This document shows, in pieces, positions 53,528 to 62,761 of a stretch of 64,000 bases of DNA (the stretch's first letter is position 1; the number at the start of each line of letters is the position of its first letter). The stretch is from Prasinococcaceae sp. CCMP 1430. Lineage: Eukaryota > Plantae > Prasinodermophyta. The notes under the pieces were generated by a model that was not told the DNA's origin, searched no databases, and saw only the letters and a program-made list of their open reading frames with translations. The DNA lies in contig RQSC01000033.1 of the NCBI GenBank assembly GCA_013416795.1, forward strand, positions 154,583-218,582, in the 5' to 3' direction. The position numbers were made by a program, and so were the translations under genes.

Positions 53528-55371
53528 TCACAGGGGCTCCGAGGACTTGAAGCTCACGAGCTGCCTGAAGACGTGCGCGAGCACCGCCTTGGGGTTGACC
53601 ACCCTCCCGCCTTCGCCGTCGTCCTCGGCGACGATCGGATTGACGCCGAGGATCTCCCCCGCCTCCTGAATGAAGAAGTGCACGTCTTCCTCCGTGCCCT
53701 CGGCACACTTGTTGGCGACCTGTGCGAGCCGGCTGCGCGAGGAGGCCAGCTCGCTGTCCAGGTCGAAGAGCTCCAGCGCCGGCGGCGCGGGCTCCCGCAC
53801 GATGGGTGGGAACACCGCGGGCTGCAACGGCGGCAGCGGCGTCTCGAAGGCCGGCGGGATGAGCGTCAGCGGCTTCTTGGTCACGTTGAGCTCCTTGTAC
53901 AGCGTCATAACCTCAGGAACCAGGTCGTTGCTGTAGCCGAAGAGCTTGTCGGAGAAGAGCGACGTGAAGTCCTTAGGGATTTCGTCTTCGACCTGCAGGC
54001 AGCTGCGCACGCGCTCCGAGAGCGACTCCGTGTCGGGAAGCTTCTCGTGCTCGGCGATGTCCGGATCGTCGGCGTCTACTGCGTTAAGAGACAGCGGCGA
54101 ACCGGGCGCCAACCACTTGACGATGAAGTCCGCGAGCTTGTTGTTGTCCTCCTTGTCGAGGAAGTTGTCCGAGAGCACCTGCGCCGAGCCAAGCACGCAC
54201 ACGCGCCCCGCGCCGAGCTGCGCCATCGCGCACACGGGTCGCGTGGCTGGATAACCGATGCGGCCGGTGGACAGCACGGGCACAGCAGGGGGCCTCACCC
54301 CGAGCGTGCATCCGTGCGGGTAGACGAAAGACAAGCCGCCACTCTCGGACGAGCCTGCGCGCGCGAGCGCAAGAGTTGGCAAGTGTGTGTGCGCGAGAGA
54401 ATATACGCGTGTGTGCGTGTGCGTGCGCGCGTGTTGGGTCAGCACACGTTGAACCTCGTTGGCACGCATTGACGCGCGCGCGCGCGCGCGCGCGCACGCA
54501 TGCTGGCGGACGCGCACCCGAACGCACGCGCGCACGCACTCCCGTCTCCGCCGCCCCCAGCCCCGCCGCTGTTTCCCCATTGCTGCTGCCCCGCCGCGCC
54601 CGTCGGCGAATCGCCCTCCTCGGCGCCGCCCCCGCTGCCAGCCGCAGCCGCAGTGCCGCCCGTCGAGCGCCTCCCGTCGGCGACAAACTACGAGCGCGCG
54701 TGCGCGGGCGTGGGGCACGCCGGTGTGAGCGAACGGGCGATTTCGCGCGCGGTGCGCGCTCGAGCGCATACACGAGTGCGTGAGGGCACGCGCGCTGCGC
54801 AGTCGCACTCGCTCGCTCGCACGCATGCGCGCGCGGACGTGCGCTCGCCGCGCACCTTCGCGATCTCGCGATTGAGCACGCCGTCCGAGACGAGCACCTC
54901 CTTCGGGTGGGGGTACTTGTGGTAGACGGTGCGCACCACGCCGTCTGCGTTGACCGTCACGCCCGCCCCGAGCGCCTCGAGGAGCTCGTTGAGGTTGGAT
55001 CCCGCGCGTGCGTCTCCGCCCTCCCCCGCGCAAAGCAGCAGCCCCCCGCCGTCCTGTGCCACGAACCTCTGCAGCGCGGCGATCTCGTCGGGGTCGAGCC
55101 TCTCCCTGGGCGCCCCGAACGCGACGACGGCCGCGCCGCGCAGCACGTCGGCGCGCGCGGGCCCGTCGAGCACGCCCGGCTTGAACTGCGTGCGCAGGCG
55201 GCGGAAGAGCTGCCGCCAGCCGTGCTTCACCGTGTGCGCCTCCTTCCGCGCGGCGCCGATGAGCACTACGGCCTGGCCGTCCGTCGTACGGTCCTCGGCG
55301 GCAACCATCGCCGCCGCGCCCCACCCGGCGCCCGCCACGTGCGCGTTCGCGATCGCCGCCATCGCAGCCAT
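53528..55371 (-). CDS. IFT52: Intraflagellar transport protein 52; exons 55371-54856, 54687-54540, 54354-53528
   Basis: VVRTVYHKYPHPKEVLVSDGVLNREI, FVYPHGCTL, FETPLPPLQPAVFPP..REP.PP.LELFDLD, RLAQVANKC. Introns are frame-consistent. Confidence 0.95.
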
Positions 55372-55616
55372 GGCTGACACACGCGCGTGCGCGCACGCGT
55401 ATGCGCGCGCGCCGCCCCTCGACGCCTCGGCGCCTCGCAGCGGCCCGCACGCGCCCGCCCGGTCATCCCCCCGGCTCCGCGGACCGCGCCTCCGCCTCCG
55501 CCGCGCGCCCGAGCGCGACCGAGCGCTCCCGCCGCGCTCCCGCCGCGCCCCCACGCGCGCGCTCTGCCGCCACCCTCCTCTTCTCTCCTCCCTGACCAGC
55601 GCACGCGCACGCCCAG

Positions 55617-55764
55617 ACGCACACACACACACACACACACACACTTGCACGCACACACGCACACGCACACGCACACACACCACACGCACACACACACGCA
55701 CACGCACATGCACACAAACTCACACACGAAGATGCACGCACACGCACACGCACACACACACACA

Positions 55765-55805
<41 letters not shown>

Positions 55806-55832
55806 ACGCACACATGCGCACGCACACGCGCA
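55617..55832 (+). repeat. (CA)n-rich microsatellite, i.e. (GT)n on the IFT52 sense strand
   Basis: Directly visible, upstream of the IFT52 ATG. Confidence 0.93.
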
Positions 55833-55964
55833 CCGCGCCCGCGCCGCGCGGCGGTCAACGCGGCGCCGCTTCCGGCATGCGTTCCGATGGGGGCGCGGGC
55901 CCGCGCCGCGCGCCCGCGGCGAAAGTTTTCAAACCGCGGGGCCGCGCGCGCTCGGGGAACGCAT

Positions 55965-55974
55965 AAACCCTAAA
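55965..55974 (+). promoter_or_regulatory. Telo-box AAACCCTAAA in the IFT52/saposin divergent intergenic region
   Basis: Exact motif. Confidence 0.55.
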
Positions 55975-56833
55975 AATGGTACTGTACCCAAAGAGCGAAA
56001 GTCCGAACTCGCATTCTCATTCTAAATGTACGTACTGTTATGGAGGAAACCTTAACCGATGGACCTCCCCCGGTGGGGCGCCTCCTCACCCCCCCCCGTG
56101 GTCCGGGTCTGGCCTGTCGCCATTCGCCGCGGGGACGTCCCGAGACGACCCGGCTTTGCGACGCCCTCTGGGCCCGCTCGAACCGGATCGAGCCGCGCGA
56201 ACCCGGGGCACGCCCCGACTTTGCCACCCTACCCCCCCCACCCCCCCCGAGCCACACCCCCGACTTCTTTCTTTTTTTCTTTTTTTTGTTGGGGGTTTGC
56301 GGAGCCTCGCACCCCGTCCGGGTGTTCGTCGGGGGATGTCGCGTCGGCGGAAGGGTCCGGTCACGTCACGTCGATCGAAACGTGGATCGAAATCCCGCTC
56401 TTTTTTTTGTTTTTTTTTTAAGCGTCGGTGTTACGATGTGGGGGCGTGCGCGGCCGCGAGCGCTGCCGAGCGCGCGCCCCTCGGCCGCGCGGCGAGGCGG
56501 CGCGCACGCGCGTGTGTAGGGGGTTGGGGGGAGGCGCCGCCGCGGCAGCTCGTGCGCGCGCACAAAAACGCGCCAGGCGCAGCCGCTTGACGGGACAAAA
56601 AGAAGAGGCGCCGCGCCGCGACGATGGCGAGGGGACGGGGTAAAGGGGGTGGGTCGCGGAGGAGGGGGGGGAGGAGCAAGCGCAGGGGCGTCGGAGGATG
56701 TGATGAACACGGCGCCGATGCCCCTCCCCTCTCTACCACCACCGTCCCAAATCCTCTTTCCCCACCCGTTTTTCGCAGCGCGCACGAGCCGCGCATTCTG
56801 ACCGGCGCCGCCCTTGTGCTGCGCCCCCGGCAG

Positions 56834-57729
56834 GCCTGCCGTGCGTTGCGTGCGGCCTCGCAACCGATGCCGCCACCAAGTTCGTGAGCAAGGACGGCGT
56901 CGAGGAAAAGGTCCAGGCCTGGTTTCTCAACGACGTGTGCCCCACGCTCCCCGAGCAGGAGGCCGGCAGCTGCGCGCTCTTTGCGCCCGCCGTGATTCCC
57001 AAGGCCTTCGACTGGGCTCAGCAGGAGCTGCCGCAGGTGTGCAGCCAGACGGGCCTGTGTGATTCGGAGGCCGAGGCCGCCGAGGTCCAGGCGCTCTTCG
57101 GCGCCCCCACCGAGGTCGGCGACGCGGCGTGCAGCCTGTGCACGTTCGTCGCCCAGCAAATCGAGATTGAGCTCGCCGACAACACCACGCAGGCCGTCAT
57201 CGTCGCCGACGCCGACGAGCTGTGCGGCGAGCTACCCGAGAGCATCGCCGCCACGTGCGTGGAATACGTCGACGCCTACGCGTCCACCATCATTGCGCTG
57301 ATCGAGCAGGCCGCGCCCCCCGAGAAGGTCTGCGAGGCCATCGCGCTCTGCAGCGGCCCCAACGCGGCCCGCGTCGCCGTCGCCCCCTCCAACGACGACT
57401 GCGCGACCTGCGAGTTCGCGCTGTCGTCGGCCAAGGCCGCGCTCGCGTCCAACGAGACCCGCCAGAAGGTCATTGACAAGCTCGACATCCTCTGCAACCA
57501 GTATGCCGGCTCGTTCGCGCAGGAGTGCGAGGAGTACGTCACCGCCTACGGTCCCGACCTGCTCGTGCAGGCCGCGCAGATGATCGACCCGCAGGCGGAC
57601 TGCATCAAGCTGGGCTTCTGCGGCTCGGACTCGGGCTGCTCGCACGCGCCGCTGCGCCGCGAGCAGCTCCTGCTGGGCAAGGCCGCCGCCGGTACGCTGC
57701 GCCGCCCAGGCGCCGCCGCGCAGGCGTGA
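56834..57729 (+). CDS. Prosaposin-like protein with three saposin-B domains; first exon unresolved
   Basis: Three repeats of CxxC...C...C...C...C (CVAC, CSLC, CATC). Confidence 0.88.
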
Positions 57730-57940
57730 GCCTGGGACGCCGCAGCACACCCCGGGCGCGAGGGCGCTCACCGCCGGCCTATCGCCCTCTCCCAAGTAAC
57801 AGATTGATTTGCACGTAACACGCCCTCGCTCGCTCGCTCGCTCGCCCGCTCGCTCGCGCACGCGCGCGCGCGCGCCGAGGCGCGCGTGTGTAGAGCCCCC
57901 CCCCCCCCGCGCGCACACATGCGTGCGTTACACTAAAGGC

Positions 57941-59300
57941 TCAGAGCGCAAAGCTGAAGCGGAAGCCGTCGCTCTGCGCGCCTCCCTTCGCGCCGACGCC
58001 AGCAGCACCGCCATTCACCCCCCCGGCCTCCATCGCGGCAAAGAGCGACGCGCAGTGCGCCCCGGCGACGCCCCCGCCGCCGTCCGCGCTCGTCTTGGCC
58101 TCGGCCTGCGCGAGCAGCTCTGGCGCGTGCGCGCGCACGGCGGCGTCCAGGCGCGCGCCGAGCGTCTCCGCGTCTGCGCCGCTGCGCACGCCGCTGATAT
58201 TGTACGCCTCGCGAGAGAGGAAGCGCCGCACGTGCGGCAGCGCCGCGCGCGACACGAAGTTTTGCGTGACCGCGACCGACTCCTCGAGGTTGAGCGCCAT
58301 GTGCCACCACCCGCGCGGTACGAAGACCATGTCACCCGCCTCGGCGGTGCACTCGAGCAGCGCGCCCTCGTCGCGGGCGGCCTCGTAGTAGTTTATGAGC
58401 CACTCGACGCTCGACACGGGCTGCGTGACGTCCGCGCCGTCGGCGCTCGCGCCCACACCGGGGGGAGGGGCGGACGGCGGCGCCATGAGCCAGCGCTTCC
58501 GGCCGCGCACGAGGCAGTTCCAAGCCGAGGTCGCGTTGGGGTCCTTGTGCCAGCTCGAGCCAGACCTCGACGGGCCCGCGATGAGCCACCGGTACGCGGG
58601 GCGGCCCTCCTCGCCGAGCAGGGCGAAGAGGTCCTCGCCGAGGAACGCTGGCACGCCGTAGTCGCGCGCGAGGCGCGGCGCGCGCGACGCGAAGTGCTTG
58701 TCGAACAGGTAGAGCGGCTGGTCGTCGACGGCCGCGCCCGACTCCACCGCGTCGCAGTACCTGTGGTAGTCGGCCACGCGCATCTCGTAGCCACCAACGA
58801 CGGCGGGGTTGGCCCCGTAGGCCTCCTCCAGGTACGCGCGCGACCACCGCGCACAGGCGGGCCAGTCGGCGCACGCCCCGCGCACCACGCAAGGCCGGTT
58901 GGGCCTCTGAAACCTCCGCTCGAACTCCTCGCGCAGCGCCTCCGGCGTCCACCCCGTGCCCTTGCCGACGACGAGCTCCTCAACGGTGTGCGTCTCGAGC
59001 CACGCGTCCCCGACCGCCGGCAGGTCGTCGAGCGGCGCCGTCGCGCACATTCGGCCGCGGTACAGCGCGTCCGAGTAGTACGGCGGGCAGTGCGCGCGCT
59101 CTTTCCCGCCTCCGCTGTCGTCGCCGCCTTCGCCGCGACCGTCGCCATCGCGGCGCGCCCTCTTGCGCGGCGGCCCGGCGGCTGCGAGGCCCGCGACGTA
59201 CGTGCGATGCCAGGACCCCTCGAAGGCGAAGCCGCCGGCGCGCGCGCGCAGCACGGCCGCGCGCCACAGCGCCGGAGCGCGCCGCCGCAAAGCCCGCCGC
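57941..59300 (-). CDS. JMJD6-like JmjC 2-oxoglutarate/Fe(II) oxygenase; N-terminus uncertain
   Basis: LWR...FAFEGSWHRTY, YLFDKHF, YRWLIAGP.RSGSSWHKDPN.TSAWN, FVPRGWWH..LNLEESVAVTQNF (H-x-D...H triad). Confidence 0.92.
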
Positions 59301-59410
59301 GGCGGACGCGCCGCGCGCGTACACCGCGCCCAGCGGAAGCACGCGCGCCGCGTCCATCGCCACCACAGCAACAGCCGCAGCGCACACACCACACAGCGCA
59401 CAGCGCTCGC

Positions 59411-59469
59411 CGTGTGTGCGAGCGCGTGCGTGTGTGCGTGTGCGTGTGCGTGTGCGTGTGTGTGTGTGT
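59411..59469 (+). repeat. (GT/GC)n microsatellite
   Basis: Directly visible. Confidence 0.9.
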
Positions 59470-59779
59470 ACGCCATCTCCACGCAGACACGTGAACACCA
59501 CCTGATCACCAATGCTTTGCAATGAGCCCTAAACCCTACTCATTCATTACCATCAAATGATATGCTATGCTTTGAGGCCTTTCAAACCGAATTTCGACGC
59601 AACGAAGTATCTCCCGTGGGTGCATTTAACATTAATAAAGGAGTTGCACTCCTTCAGGTGGTTTCGGTTTGGGTCGGCCGCGGCGCGTAGCCGTAGCGCA
59701 GCGCGGCCGCGGTGTACACGCCGAGGGTATGTTACGTGAGCGGCTCGATCGCGGGCTGGGCTGGGCGCGCGCGCCCGCC

Positions 59780-61808
59780 TCAGCTGCTGAAGAGGCCGCG
59801 CCGCCGCGGCCGGCCCGCCGCGGCGCTCGACTCGTCCTCTCCCGCGGGGGCGGGGTTGCCCTCGACGATGGTGCACTCGCAGTTGAGCACGCGCTCAAGT
59901 AGGACGATCTCGTGGCGCGCGGCCCACAGCTCGAGGGAGACGTCCGCGCCCGAGCCGCCGGGCTCCCTGCGTGGGGTGACCACCAGCAAAACCTTCGTGC
60001 CCTCCTGTAAAACGTGCACGTTGGCCACCGCGCCCGTGTGGCAGCGCTCGAGCGCGACGGCCACCCGCAGGATGGAGGCCATCACCATGAACTTTCGCCT
60101 GGCGGCTGGCGGGAGGAGCCGCAGCCGCTCGTGCTTCGGCGAAGGGAATTTCTTCCTGTGGTATCTCGCGAGCAGCGCGATGGTCTCGACTTCGAGCGCG
60201 CGGTAGCCCTGCAGGTGATCGTTGTTTTTGATCAGGTACCAGCTGTGCTTGTGAAAGCCGTCGTGCGCCACGAACAGGCCGACCGAGTGGAGCACCGCCG
60301 CCGCCTCCATGAGCTCCCAATCGTTCGCGCGGATGGCGGCGAGCTCCTGAAACTCTTCCGACTGCAACGCGGCAGCGGTGTCAGAGCCGCCGCCTTTCTC
60401 TTTGCCGCCCTTAGCCCCTTTCTTGCGAGCCCCCGCCTTGCCGCCTTCGCTGCCGCCTCTGGCCTCGGACATGGCGGCCACAACCTGCCCGAGGCCACAC
60501 GACTCGAGCAGGCCGTCCGCAAGCTGTCTCGCCAGGCGCGCCACGCGCAGCGAGCTGCCCAGGCGGGTCTCGGGCACAAAACGACGCGCGACGTGCAGCA
60601 CGCTCGTGCGGCGGATGTCATCCGATGGAGTGTATGCGGGGAGCACCGAGCGCATCCAGTCCAGGATGACACCCTCGCGCAGCGCGTAGGGACTCACGCG
60701 CATGTGCTCGATGCCCAGACAGCGAAAGAGCTCACGCATCAGGAGCACGCCGCCGATGATGACATCGACGCGCTTCTCGCTGATTCCGGCCAGCTTGCTG
60801 CGCTGCGAGGACGTGCGCGCGCCCAGCACGACGTCGCAGAGCTCCTCAAGCTCCGCGCGTGAGAACGCAAGGTCCGTCAGCTCCCCGCTGGTCAAGGGCG
60901 CGCTGCCGGGGGCCGCGCCTCTGTCCGCGTCCTTGCCGCTGCCGCTTCCGCCCCCCTGCTTGCTGTTGCCACCGCCACCACTCCCGCCGCTCTCCTGCTG
61001 CCGCTGTCGCATCTCGTTTATCATGACCGCGATGGTCGCTGCCGAGCCGCTGGAGCCCACCACCACCTCGAACGAGCCCGCCTCATCGACCATGCTGCGC
61101 AGGTTCGCCTCCTCGAGCGCGTTCGCCACGGCCGTGCGGGTCTCGCGCACGAGGTCATCGACGATGGTGTACGAGCACCCGGCCTCCTCCGAGCGCAGCT
61201 GCTCGCCTACGCACAGCTCCGTCAGGCCGACGTGCCCAAGCCGCAGAGAAGCGGTCTCGAGGGCCTCGCCGCGATGCCCGAGGACGAGCTCGGTCGATCC
61301 TCCCCCGATGTCGATGCACAGCGCGCGCTGCTCGTGCACGGGCAACGCCTGCAGGACGCCTTTGTATATGAGGCGGGCCTCCTCCTGGCCGCTGATGACC
61401 TCGACCTCGACACCGGTGGCCTCGGACACCTGCCGCACGAAGACGTCGCGGTTGTGCGCCTCGCGCACGGCCGAGGTGGCCACCGCGCGCAGCTGCGCAC
61501 CCTTCGCGTCAGCGGCGCGCTGGAAGCGCTGGATGGCCGCGAGCGCTCGCTGCTCGCCAGCCGGCGTGACGACGCTGAAGCCGCCGGTGCCGCCGCCGAG
61601 GCGCACGGGCTCCTTCAGCTGATCCACCACCTCGAAGCGCCCGCACTCGAGGCAGCGCACGATCACCATGTGGAAGCTGTTCGTGCCCATGTCGATGGCC
61701 GCGACCATGCGCTCGCGCTCGGGCTCGGCCCGTCCGCCCGCGCCAAGCGCGGCGGATGCCGCGCCGTCGTCGGCGGCGCCGGCAGCGCCCTCGCCCGCGC
61801 GTTCGAGC
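59780..61808 (-). CDS. ppx: Ppx/GppA exopolyphosphatase / pppGpp phosphatase with C-terminal HD-like domain; 5' end cut at N 61809
   Basis: AAIDMGTNSFHM, ATSAVREA.N, ISGQEEARLIY, IDIGGGSTEL, ALREG, LHSVG...HKHSWYLI, ARYHRK. Confidence 0.93.
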
Positions 61809-62029
61809 NAACCAAAAAAAAAAAAAAACGCCCCCGCACCAAAAAAACGTTGCGCGGATACAATTTCGATCCGATGACACTTCCGTCGTTTCGCACACCA
61901 ACAGCCGAAATCACACCCACGCCGGGGGTGCACGCGACGCATTTAGCGACCTTCCGTAGATTCGCTTACCAACCGCCGAGCGCGTCGCGCGCGCACCGAG
62001 CCACCACAAAAAAAATCAAATTCGCGGGA

Positions 62030-62338
62030 GCGAGCGTGTCACAAACAAAGCCTCAAAGAATTTATTTTTTTTGTTTGGATGGGCAATTTCGCTCGGTAAT
62101 TCGCTCGGCGTCGAGGCGCAGCGTCCGAATGCCCGCAAGCGGTCTTTTTGTGCGTGCCGAATTCAACATTGAAAAATTCAGTGTAATTGGTTTTCGTTTC
62201 ATAAATTTCAGTTTTACGGTGTTTCGGGCCGCGTAAAACTGAAATTTCTGGCGCGAAAACCGCGTAAACTGAATTTTTTCATTCAAGATGCCATGCACAA
62301 ATAAAAAAAGATTTGCGGAGGCTATGTGACACGCTCGC
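62030..62338. mobile_element. AT-rich fold-back / MITE-like element with 14-bp terminal inverted repeats
   Basis: GCGAGCGTGTCACA (62030-62043) is the exact reverse complement of TGTGACACGCTCGC (62325-62338); an internal ~50-bp imperfect inverted repeat is also present. No target-site duplication seen. Confidence 0.45.
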
Positions 62339-62402
62339 AGGCGCCGAAAAGGTCCGCCCCGTGACGTGGATCCTGACGTGGAGAATCCCCCGGTCGCGGC
62401 CT

Positions 62403-62439
62403 AAACCCTAAGGCCGCGATTCTAAACACGAACCCTAAA
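62403..62439 (+). promoter_or_regulatory. Two telo-box motifs (AAACCCTAA, AACCCTAAA)
   Basis: Exact motifs upstream of the last gene. Confidence 0.55.
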
Positions 62440-62518
62440 TTGCGGGGTGCGAGCGACACAGACCCCGAACCCGGGGCGCGTTCCCCGAACGGGAGCGCGG
62501 GACCGCCCGTGAACGAGC

Positions 62519-62615
62519 GTGTGTGCGTGCGTGTGTGTGTGTGTGTGTGCGTGTGCGTGTGCGTGCGTGTGTGTGTGTGTGTGTGTATGTGTGTGTGTGT
62601 GTGTGTGTGCCTGTG

Positions 62616-62646
<31 letters not shown>
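62519..62646 (+). repeat. (GT)n microsatellite
   Basis: Directly visible. Confidence 0.95.
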
Positions 62647-62647
<1 letters not shown>

Positions 62648-62719
62648 AGCGGGTGCGTCACAGCGAGGTGCTGCGGCGCGCGCGTCGCCCCTGCGCGGCT
62701 GCGGCGGCGGCTGCGGCGG

Positions 62720-62761
62720 NNNNNNNNNNNNNNNNNNNNNNNNNNNNNNNNNNNNNNNNNN
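62720..62761. other. Assembly gap (N-run)
   Basis: 42 N. Confidence 1.

Noticed and set aside
1448-54855. Introner-type repeated introns
   Set aside because: The inferred introns share only low-complexity composition, with no alignable sequence by eye.
59300-59512. Frameshifted F-box at the JmjC N-terminus
   Set aside because: The alternative-frame similarity is too weak, and the region is low-complexity, so no call was made.
59780-61808. Recent horizontal transfer or bacterial contamination of ppx
   Set aside because: Composition matches neighbouring genes, it has eukaryote-style Gly-rich insertions, and plant homologues exist; UPF1 and SPB1 are also intronless here.
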